From the NCBI GenBank assembly GCA_973851085.1, contig OZ316775.1, forward strand, positions 16,306,001 through 16,370,000: a stretch of 64,000 nucleotides of DNA. Direction: 5' to 3'. Each line of letters opens with the position of its first letter. Position 1 is the first letter of the stretch. A model generated the notes under the pieces. That model was not told where the DNA came from, did not search any database, and saw nothing but the letters and a program-made list of their open reading frames with translations. Shown piece after piece: positions 27,501 to 38,469 of the stretch. The stretch is from Ptychomitrium polyphyllum. Lineage: Eukaryota. Position numbers and translations under genes: made by a program.

Positions 27501-30500
27501 TAAGCTTTTGGATTAGCACAAGGGACAAGGTAGTTCACTTGTGTAAAACTTATGAGGTTAATAGCTCATTAGATCTAATAGAAACAAAATTCTAAAAGAT
27601 GTTTTAAGCTTACAAATTAAAAATAACAACTTTAGAACGTCACATCTTGGCATTTATAAATAATATGGTTATAAAAATTGAAACATGATTGTATTGACTA
27701 TTTTTAATACAACCACAAAGTTTCAAGATTGTTTGACTTACTAAAAACATATATATCCAAATATATAATTTAGTGTAGGTTTTTAATGAATGATCACCAA
27801 AAAAACTAAGCTTCTGATTTCTGTTCACTATAGATTATAAAAATTGTGAATAGCTTTGAAATTTAATGAAATTTGCAAGTTAATAGAAATAGTCTTAAAT
27901 CACAACATTGCTTTTGCATTAAAAAATGCAAGTTAAAAGCAAAGAAGGTCACATTGGATGGAAGAGAAAGATGTCAATGAGAATTACTTGGATTAGGGTA
28001 GTAGTCTTGGAATAAACACGTGCTAAAGGAGATCCAAAAGCTAACTAATACATATATATAAGCAAAAAAAGGCTACCCAATCAATAGTCCCTTGCTTTAC
28101 CAAATTGCCAACATACCTTTAGATTGCATTTCATTTGGGTGTCTCACTTCTCTAGCACATATGCTTTGTATTTTTGTGAAAATGAAAGAGGAAGAATGTG
28201 GTTTTGAATTGAAGTAATAGTGTACTCTTATTGCCATTGGCGTCTTCTAAAACTCATTGTGAAAAATGGATGTACTTAGCTACTGAAGCAGTCCAGACTT
28301 GCAATGCTGATTTGAGACCTTGTATGCAAATTAGAGACTTTCTTGATTCTTGTGTCAAGATAGGCTTGAAATAGTTCATCAAATCTGTATGTTCAAACAT
28401 ATTTCAAGACATTGCAAATTGGTCTATTTTTGTCACTGTTTAGAACTAAGATTTGGAGTCAATAAGAGCACTAGTATGGTGTAAAGCTGTTATGGTGTAA
28501 AGCTGAAAATTATGGCAATTTTCAGGCTCTTCTAAGTTGATGTTTGCAGAGTGACATCATCTAGAAGCCATCAGTCACCCAATTTCAACACATCAGTGAA
28601 AGAAGTATCAAGGACTCAAGATTCAGGATGGCAACCCCTTTGTCTGTGTCCTGCACTCATGATCGTTTTGAGTAGTTGTTCTTGAATTACATGGACATGT
28701 ATGGTTGGTGCTTCAGCTGCAAGGTTGTCTCGTTTAGTAAAACTTGTGAATGATAAGAAAAGCATTGTTGTACCAACAATAAGCAACTGGAAGAAATGAG
28801 ATATGAAACAAGTAATCCACCTGGTTTTCTGCACGTATGTGTGCTCATGGTCTACAACTTCAAGTGCTTCCTTGTTTTGGCTGGTACAGTATTGTATCTC
28901 ATCCTGGAGATGTGTTCATTGTGTGTAGTTGTTAGGGAAATGGCTGGAGTAGCATTTAAAGAAACTACTTTACAGAATCATTATGTTGTGCGTTTCTTGT
29001 ATTAATGGACTCTTACAAATCGTTTTGTATGTAAGATGGAACCCATCATGGGCTTCTTTGCTTAACTAGAGATTATTTCATGAAGTAGGATATGGTTTGC
29101 ACACAGGGACAACAAGTTGTCATTTACCTGTGTGTAGAAATTAATATTTCAGTCAAAGTTATTACTGAAATTAAAGAGAGCAATCTCAGTTTCTTAAATT
29201 CGAAATTAAAATTCATGTTTTGGACAATGATTCTTTTACCTCTGCAATTTTGGAAAAAGGTGTGCTTTGTGTTAAGGGCAAAAATACTCCTATGAGTATT
29301 TTATTGCCAGTTGGTCACTATTGGCTCAGTGACCAACTGTACACTCCTTAACCAATTAAAAAAACAAGTTTAAACTGTACACTTCAAAAAAACTTCTAAA
29401 CTAATTTACAAGAGTGAACTGAACACTAACTCACACAAAGCAATTAATTGGTAAAGAAGAAAGTAGTTAAAAATTGATGCAAAAAACTCTAATTGTAAGA
29501 AAAAAATCACAATCAAGTGTAAGCAACTTGGACTGTAAAACTTTACAAGAGCAAAATTGTATGTTGCTTTCTAAAAATATCTTGTTTATATACTTTTAGG
29601 TTAGACTAAAAATATTTTTATAGCTAAATATAATCATAGCCGTTGCCGATTATCAAGATGTCAATGTGGAGCTATCAATGTGCCGATTATTGAGGTGTCA
29701 ATGTGCTGATGTAATACTTAGAAGAACTTCAAGGAACATGTGATGCTTGATTAGTTAATTAATAAGAGTTATTGTATACTGATTATTAGCATTATTGCAA
29801 GACCACACATTTAGTGCGACACTTTACACCAATCCTTACACTAATTTTCGGAGAGATTTTCACACTAATTTTGATATTTGTAGTGTTTCACATCAAAAAT
29901 ATCAGTATGTGCCACACTATATATACCCTACTACCATTATACTGAGGGTCCTGAATTATTGTAACTCAAATTTTGTTCTATTTCAGTGAGATTTTTGGAA
30001 TTACTATGACCATGTCAGAAATTGGTGAAGCTGGACACTGACAGTTTGTAATATTTGCAATGAACACCAGATCCTTGAGGGAAGCCAGATCCCAAGACAT
30101 CAAAATGTTGAAAAATTTGAGAATGAATATGAATGCTCACAATTGGCAAGCCTGGTCGAGGACACTGATATAACTCACCCCAGTGGGCTGCTGCTTGCTG
30201 TGCACAGATGAAGCCATGGAAGTGAAGTCATGTCTCAACCAATTACACACGTCACCAGAGGCCAGAATTTGCAATAAGTCTGATGTTCCAAAAATCCTTC
30301 CGGGAGCAATGGATTGTTCTATAAAGCGTGACCTGAACCTTGCTCAGTGAGATACACACTGTCACCCAAAAATAACAAATATATAAGAAACTGAACAAAG
30401 GGAGGTTGTCTTCATGGATGCCAACAATTGATAAGGAGTACTCACACAAGAAAGAAAATTGTGTTTGCCCTTAGCTTCCAACCTCCTTAAGATATTGTTC

Positions 30501-31100
30501 TACTATGAAATGGTTGAATGGTGTAGTTAATTTTATGGGATCATCAAACACAATTCGACCGTATAGATGTAAAGTAGACTATGGAAGTGATGTATGAGTG
30601 TTTCCTTTGAGATTGAAGATGAATTCTACTCCGAAAGAATGTGATCTACATCATGTTGTTTATTTACAGGAGAACAACAATCATAAAGTGTATAGCTGAC
30701 ATACATTGTATTGGAGTTGCATATAACATGATTATAAACTTTTTGCCAGTTACCCTCCTTTGGTGATGTGTAATTGGTATCTTGCAATTCAGATTGCAAC
30801 TTACTCAGAGCATATCTAGCTTCTTTTTCTTTCTTTTTCTTTCCAATTGTCATGATGTCAGAGCTTGGTGAATCCATGATAATATGGTGTGATCAGTGGT
30901 TTTTGTTGTATGCAATGAACTGAAGTACAAGGCTGTATGATGTTTCTTTTCTTTTGAAGTTCAAATGATGAAACTTTGACTATTGTGGCATGATTCCAGT
31001 GGGGGCAGGCTGCGAGCACATAGGAGTGCTGTCAGGGTACCCACAATGAAATCCCAAGGTGGACACGGGATATCAAACAAGCTCACAAGCCAGTGTGGAT
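24570..31100 (+). pseudogene. Possible degenerate multi-exon gene, divergent from the NAT gene
   Basis: Short AG/GT-bounded blocks (e.g. ~25088-25121, ~25325-25358, ~25431-25487, ~28717-28834) and GC-richer patches amid AT-rich DNA, but all candidate joins contain stops. No family recognised. Confidence 0.2.
29305..29791 (-). mobile_element. Putative solo LTR (about 487 bp)
   Basis: TGC...GCA termini flanked by TTAT on both sides (29301-29304 and 29792-29795). Minus-strand TATATAAAC near 29590 and short internal repeats (gccgattat...tgtcaatgtg). Confidence 0.45.
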
Positions 31101-31604
31101 CAAATTGTTGGGGCCTGTTAGTCACCCCATATGTGAATAATATAAGTTCCCACTTTGGATATTATGCGGTGTCTTTTTTGAAATTTAGTTTTCATGACCA
31201 GGTTGTACAACCCAAATTTAGTACAAGGCAACCTTCTCACCAATCAAGAACAAATTCTACTAAGGTGAGCTATCATGCATGACTGTAATTTAAGTTTGTT
31301 GTTGGTTAATATTGGGGCTGCCTTGCACTATCTAATTTAAGCCTATGGGAGTGATTGATGTATCTCCATTTTTACTAGTAGCATACATGCAAAGTACCAT
31401 AATTAAGAGGGACTGTCATTGATTCACCAACCAACAATTCAATATGTATATTGCATTATATTTTCTAGAAAGGTGACATGTGATACTTTTAAACATGTAA
31501 ACATTTCATAACCTATACAAGAAAAAATTAATCTTAAAAAAAGTCTTATATCTTTTTCAAAATAATTTTTTAAAGAATATGTGTTATTTATAATATGTTA
31601 TTTT

Positions 31605-31641
31605 ACACACACACATATATACATACGTAAATAAATAAATA

Positions 31642-31673
<32 letters not shown>
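31605..31673. repeat. Compound (AC)n/(AAAT)n/(AT)n microsatellite
   Basis: acacacacac...taaataaataaat...atatatatat. Confidence 0.85.
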
Positions 31674-31676
<3 letters not shown>

Positions 31677-32362
31677 AAATAAGCTATATGATATCAGGTG
31701 TTTGAAATTTTTTGAAAGTTTCTTTGAAAAAATTCAATGAATTTATTATAAATGTTGGTATAAATTTTAGAATTGTATCAGCTATTTTTAAAATCTTCAT
31801 TAAATACTTAATTATTATATGTGTACACCAAATCAAATAGGAAAATTGCTTATAATAATTATATTTAATCAAACCTTTTTTATAATATACATGTGATCCA
31901 TCATTCAAAAAATAATAAGAAAATCAATGATTTGTAGTTTTAGTAATATTATAATACACTATAATTATATTACTTAATCCAACCAAAACGACATCATTTG
32001 AACTTCATCATTTACGATTATGGTTGCAATATAGTTCATAGCAATTTTTAAAAACCTTTCTAAATGCATCAAAAACTTGTAAATTATTATTTAAAAAATG
32101 TTATAGGTATGTCATTGAAGTGAAGAAGGAAAATCATGATAATATACTACAAAAATATGTTTACTGTAGCAATAACTAATAAATAATATGCTTAAAATAT
32201 GCAAAATAAATTCATAATACATTCACTTATTTCAAAAATATATAAAAATCACAAAAAAAATAAAATTATAAGTTTTTAATGCATCCTATTATTTAGAATA
32301 CAATTCTACATTTAAATTGACAATTTTTAATTATCAAAGCAAATTCAAATGAAACTTGAATC

Positions 32363-32840
32363 TGTCACGGATATAGATCATGCAACATAGTCATTAGAAC
32401 CTTTTAGTATACTATAACAGCTTAGAATACTTTTAGATGTCTCCATAGTCTTTCCATGTTCATAGGAAGCTTCATAGGAAAGTTCCTCCACCTTAAGAAA
32501 CCTCCTAGGAAGGTTCTATCATTTTAGGTGACATCTTAGGAAACTTCCTAGGAAGCTTCCAATATCTTAGGAAACTTCTTGGAAAGGTTCCCTAGACTTC
32601 CAAAATATTTTTAAACCTTGTAGGAAGCTTCTTTAGAAGTATCCTAGGAGATACAAACGTCATAGTATAAATAGGAGGCAAGACAAGGTATTCCTTAGTC
32701 TTACCAACACAAGTTGTGGATCATCTTGAATCTTGCCTTGCTCTAGTCTTTGTATCAAGTTCTTGTTAATCATTAGCTCTTTGGAAACTAATTCTTTGGA
32801 AACACTTCGTTTCTGCTTCTTGTTTCTTGTGTCCATAACA
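32363..32840 (+). repeat. 5' LTR of element A (478 bp)
   Basis: TGTCA...TAACA termini, TATAAATA at 32666, homologous to 38222-38469 and to the reverse complement of 41625-42165. Confidence 0.9.
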
Positions 32841-33076
32841 GTTTGGCAAGACTACTCTTCATCTCTGTCATTGCAAAGGTTCTTTGAAGAAGATTGTGGA
32901 TTACCCATTTTCTTTAGGATTCCATACCGTCTCAGAGGTTGCAGATTACCCTCCTCTAAGCTGGCACCATAGAGTTGGTTTCTCTTTCTAGAATTAAGTA
33001 TTACTTCTTTCAAAGGACGTGGATTTTCCTCCTTTGAAGGTACTCATAGTCTTTCTGTCTTTAAGAGTCTTAAGAA

Positions 33077-36000
33077 ATGGATAACGTGCTTGAAATATCA
33101 GAGAATAGATTTGCAACTATTGCAGACCTTCAAGAATTATTAAATACAATTCGAACGGAACTCGCCTGTTTTAATACTACCAACAATTTGGAGCAACATA
33201 CTCGGCAAGCTGAAGAATCTAATGGTGATATTCAAAGCCTATATCAAAAGGTTATTTGATTGCAAGAGGCCAATATTGGAAGGGAAGGCTTACGTCAAAC
33301 CCATGCAGAGCCAAAGATTAGTATGCCAGACAAGTTCGATAGATCAAGATCAAAATTAAAAAGCTTTGTTCAACAAATAAGACTCTTCCTAAAATTTGCA
33401 TCAATCTCGCTATCCTGATGGCACAACTCAAGTGGGATTTAGGCCACTCTTTTATCAAACAATGTACTATCATGGTTTGCATCCCTAATGGAGAAACAGT
33501 CACCATTATTGAACAATTTAGATGCTTTCCTAAAAGCATTGACATCTACTTTTGGAGACACCGACCAAGAGAGGGTGGCTGAAACAAGGATCCAGAGTCT
33601 TCAACAGGGACAGCGCTCAGCTGCTACATATGCTGCAGAGTTTTGACAATTAGCTTGCAACCTTGATTGGAATGATAAAGCCTTGGCACACGATTTTGAT
33701 GGAGCTTAAGAGAGAATGTAAAGGACTTGATACTCACAATGCCAACAGTTGAAACATTGGATGAATTCATCACTCAAGCAATAGCATGTGACAACAGACT
33801 ATTTGAGAGGCGCAAAGGACAATGCTTGGGATGGCGACTTGTATACCAAAGCATGGCTACCACTTCTTCAAGAATATTAGATAATCGACCACATGGACCA
33901 GAACCTATGCAAATTGATGCTGCCCAGTTTAGACGTTTGACTCCAGAAGAAAAAAAAAGGCGTCAAAGAGAAAACCTATATTTGTATTGTGGCAAGTTTG
34001 GACATAAAGTGCGCGATTGCCAAATCAAAGGATTTGCCTTTAAGGCTCAAAGCACAATGGTAGAGTTGAAAAACAAGGCTGTCCAGTTACAGTAGAGACC
34101 ATGCGACTGGACACCATAAGGAAACCACCATCAAATCAAAGTCTCTTACTACCTTCAAGCCCTACTTCTTGTTTTACATTTTTTATCAAAATTAAATTGT
34201 TAGATGATGAAATAATTAGTGAGGCACTTTTAGATACTGGTGCAACGGCATATTTTATGGACAAGGACTTTGCAACCAAACATAACATGGTGCTTGTGAA
34301 GAAAAATTACCCCGCACCTGTTGAAGTTATTGATGGACGATCTCTTGCGTCTGGCAACATTATTGAAGAAACTCAACCCTTGGAGGTTGTTTCAGGAGAC
34401 TAGACATCTAAGATTGTCTTCAACATCATTCAATGCCGAACGAATCCTATTGTTTTGGGCCTTCTTTGGCTTGAATTACATAATCCAGATATTGATTGGC
34501 GCTCACGAAGTGTGGTCTCAAAAAAAGACGTCAAAATACGAGAAATCTTGGACCATCATTCATTGGAGCTAAGGCATTTATGAGAGCGGCAAATGATGAA
34601 CCAATCTATGCCATTTATGCCACGTCAATGCCTAGCACTATAATAGAGACTAATCAAAATGTACCTCGTCAATATCAAGATTATAAAGACGTTTTTTCAA
34701 AAAAAAAATGCGGACATGTTACCAAAGCACCGGCCTTATGATTTTACCATTGAGTTGCAAGAAGGAGCCCAACCACCTTTTGGATCTATTTATTACTTAT
34801 TACAAACTGAGTTAGCTGCCTTGAGAGAATATATTGATGAAAACCTTAAAAAGGGTTTCATTCAACACTCTAAATCACCTGTTGGAGCACCCATTCTATT
34901 TGTAAGAAGAAAGATGGATCATTACGTATGTGCATGGACTATCAAGGCCTCAATAAAGTAACAAAAAAGAATCGCTATCCATTATTATTAATCTCAGGAC
35001 TCCTATAACAACTTGGCCAAGCAAAGATATTCACCAAGATTGATCTTAGAGGAGCCTACAATCTTGTACGCATCAAAGAAGGAGACGAATGGAAGACAAC
35101 TTTTTGATCTAGGTATGGTCATTATGAATACAATGTCATGCCTTTTGGCCTTACTAATGCTCCCGCAGTCTTTCAACATATGATGAATGATATCTTCCAT
35201 GAACATTTGGACGATTTTGTAGTCATTTACTTGGATGACATTTTGATATATTCAAAGGATGAACAAGACTACAAATATCATGTGCAATTGGTCTTAGAAA
35301 AACTACGCCAGCGAGGATTATATGCCAAATTGGAGAAGTGCCTTTTCCATGAATCTTCAGTTGAATTTTTAGGCTACATCATTTCCAAAAGAAGAATTCA
35401 TATGGATAAGAAAAAAATAAGCACTGTTATGGAGTGGAGTACACCAAGATCAATTCGAGATGTTCAATGCTTCTTGGAATTTGTAAATTTCTACAGGATA
35501 TTCATCAAAAATTATTCCAAGATTGCGACACCATTGACACGTCTTACGGGGAAGTAAAAATTCATTTGAAATGAAGAGGCGGAAAAAATATTTCAAGGTT
35601 TTTAGAAGTCATTCATGTTGGCTCCAAGTCTTATTCATCCAAATCCATCAAAGCCTTTTTATTTGGAAGCGGATGCCTCAGATTTTGCGCTTGGCTCAAT
35701 GCTCTCACAATATGATGAAGACGGGAGACTTCACCCTCTTGCCTTTTGTTCAAGGAAGTTCTCAGTGGCAGAGATTAATTATGATATACATGATAAAGAA
35801 CTAGTTGCAATTGTGGATGCGTTTGAAGAATGGCGACACTTATTGGAAGGAGCTCAACATACCATTACGATATACACAGACCACAAGAACTTGGAGTATT
35901 TCATGAATGCGCGCGTTTTGAATCGTCGTTAAGCAAGGTGGAGTATGTCGTTTTTCAGATTTGACTTTGTCATTACCTAACAATCTGGTAGCTTGCAAGG

Positions 36001-37569
36001 TAAGTCAAATGCCTTATCTTAAAGATCTTATTTAGCTCTTCAATTTGGAAATGATGTTCTGAATCAACAAAGGACAATTTTATTGAAGCCTGTGAATCTT
36101 CAATTGAAAGCAGCCATTATTACGACAACATCCCATGTTGACCAGATTTGGAAGTCTTTAAAGAATGACGTCTTTGTTTTGAATATAAAGAAGCGCCTCA
36201 AAGACAATGGAGGCCCTTCAAATAGCGATGAAGACTTTGAATTCCAAGAGGGCCTACTTTATTATAAAGGACTTTTGTATCTACCTCCAGGCCCTTTGCG
36301 GTTGAAGATTGTTGAAGCACGTCATGATTTTCCAGCAGCAAGACATTTTGGATTCAATAAAACAATGGAGTTAATTGCTAGAGACTATTGGTGGTCACAA
36401 ATGTGGAAGTACGTAAAGGACTTTGTTTGAACAAGCTACACTTGTACAAGAGCCAAGGTATAAAGACACCAACTTCATAGTCTCCTCCATCTGCTTCCAG
36501 TGCCAAAGGGCCCATGATTGTTTTTGTCAATGGATTTTATCACGGACCTTCCAAATTCTGAATCTACGGATTCTATTTTGGTAGTGGTGGATCGATTTAT
36601 TAAAATGGCACATTTCATTCCATACAACAAGACGGTAACGGGAGGAGAAATTGCCAAGTTGTTCTTAAATCACGTCTACCGCATACATGGACTACCAGAT
36701 GATATTGTATCCGATCAAGGGCCGGAATTCATTTTCAACTTTTGGAGGACTATATTCTAGCTGTTGCGTGTGAAGATCAACCTTCTTCAACACACCATCC
36801 GCAAACTGATGGCCAAACCAAACGTGTGAATAAAATTTTGAAGTAGTACCTTCATTGTAGCATAAACTACCAGCAAGACAACTGGATGGATGTCTTGCCT
36901 TTGGCAAAATTTGCTTACATTAATATGGTGCATTCTTCAACAACTCAAAGTCCATTCTTTGCAAACTATGGGCATCATCCTCAAACAGATCCATTTCAAG
37001 TGAAGCATGTTGGAAGTCCTGCAACACAGGATTATGCATTCAACTTGCTAAAATCCATCAAGAAATTACCTTCCAGTTATAACAAGCTCAAGATCATTAC
37101 AAAACTTATGCAGATCGCCATCGAAAGGACCATCAAAAGTTCAAGGTTGGAGATAGCATATGGCTCCTACGACGAAATATACAAACAAAAAGACCATCAA
37201 AGAAGTTGGACTATCAAAGGCTGGGACCGTTTGAAATCAGCAAACAAATAAATCCAGTTAACTATTGCCTAAAGCTACCACCAAGCATGCAAATTCATCC
37301 AGTATTCCACGTATCGTTGTTGGAAACCTATAACAAATCATGTATACCAGACAGAATTGTCCCTCCGCTAGAAATCAATAATGAAATTGAATAGGAAGTG
37401 GAAGAGATCTTAGATTCACGCATCAAGAATGGTCGTGTGGAGTACCTTATACATTGGCAAGGATATGGCATCAATGACCAAATATGGGAACCTTCAACAA
37501 ATGTAACAAATGTATCCAAGAAGATACGCAAATTTCATCAAAGATATCCTCAGAAACCAGGTCAGTGAT
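33077..37569 (+). pseudogene. Disrupted gag-pol of element A with C-terminal chromodomain (~37385-37569)
   Basis: Chromodomain reads E*EVEEILDSRIKNGRVEYLIHWQGYGINDQIWEP. Gag stop TAG at 34095, pol begins in the -1 frame. Confidence 0.9.
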
Positions 37570-38166
37570 GATGTGTCATCAGCAGCTGTTTGCTTCACAG
37601 AGAAGTTTTCCTTCATAGACAAGTATAAGAAGGGAGGAGAGATATCCAAACCTCCAATTGTATGCAGCATTATTTCCAAAATAGATCATTTCCAGATCCT
37701 AGCGAGTATGTCAAATCTTCGTGTTATCATGGATATGCGTGAAGAGCAGTCGGCCATGCCTTCATCAACAACAGCATCTGTTAAGCCAACTCAACTTTCT
37801 CAGCCCTCGGTAACGGAGGATCTAAGTCAAGATATGGAAGGGACATCTCAATGTCGAGTACGACCTTGTGCAGAAGTATTGACTAGTCGCCCTTCACATT
37901 CCAGTTTTGATTCAGATGCTCGCGCTCTAGTCATCTTGTTAGAAATTAGAAGAGCCACTCCTGGAGGACCCGAAATCTTGTTTGGAGGATGTTTTGAAGG
38001 ACTTAATCAAGACCAGATCTTGGGGTGGGACATTTCAACAACAGAAGTCTTGGCTGATGGCCATTGACGCTTCTTGCAAGGACCAGTTGAACCAGTGAAC
38101 AAAGAACAACAAGCAGAGTATGTTGCTTCACTCCTTCGACAAATTTTGGAATTTGTAGAAATGTGA
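37510..38166 (+). CDS. Extra ORF in the 3' region of element A (185 open codons, then one TGA, then 32 more in-frame codons)
   Basis: ORF track 37510-38067. In frame after the TGA it reads RFLQGPVEPVNKEQQAEYVASLLRQILEFVEM* and stops about 40 nt before the PPT. Confidence 0.5.
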
Positions 38167-38221
38167 TAAACAAGCCAAGAAAAGAGCTCCTCATGGGACT
38201 TGTCGCTAAATGGGGAGGTGA

Positions 38222-38469
38222 TGGCACGGACATAGATCATGCAACATAGTCCTTAGAACATTCTAGAACCTTCTAGAATATTATAATAGCTTCTTAGAAT
38301 ACTAGGAAGCAAGACAAGGTATTCCTTAGTCTTACCAACACAAGTTGTGGATTATCTTGAATCCTGCCTTGTTCAAGTCTTTGTATCAAGTTCTTGTTAA
38401 TCATTAGCTCTTTGGAAATTAATTCTTGGGAAACACTTTGTTTCTATTTCTTGTTTCTTGTCCCTAACA
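38222..38469 (+). repeat. 3' LTR of element A with an internal deletion of about 240 bp
   Basis: TGGCACGGACATAGATCATGCAAC...TAACA directly after the PPT. The U3 repeat block and TATA box of the 5' LTR are missing. Confidence 0.9.
38255..38279. promoter_or_regulatory. Perfect five-unit heat-shock element in LTR U3
   Basis: aGAAcaTTCtaGAAccTTCtaGAAt matches the alternating nGAAn consensus. Function is untested. Confidence 0.6.

Larger units (their letters stand above)
32363..38469 (+). mobile_element. Decayed full-length Ty3/gypsy chromovirus LTR retrotransposon (Tcn1-like), element A
   Basis: Order: LTR, gag (PEPMQID, zinc-knuckle remnant YLYCGKFGHKVRDC), protease ALLDTGA, RT ([22 protein letters not shown]), RNase H (EADASDFALG, YDIHDKELVAI), integrase (SMDFITDLP, IVSDQG), chromodomain, PPT aaatggggaggtga (~38208-38221), LTR. 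Many stops and frameshifts. Confidence 0.95.

Noticed and set aside
32841..32860. TGG after the LTR as a conventional tRNA PBS
   Set aside because: It is not the tRNA-iMet PBS (TGGTATCAGAGC) and is better explained by complementarity to the LTR R region. Other tRNAs were not formally excluded.
35003..35206. Near-identical 67-aa ORFs at 35003-35206 (-) and 39238-39441 (+) as a conserved small gene
   Set aside because: Both are the antisense reading of the conserved RT core in the two copies of the element.
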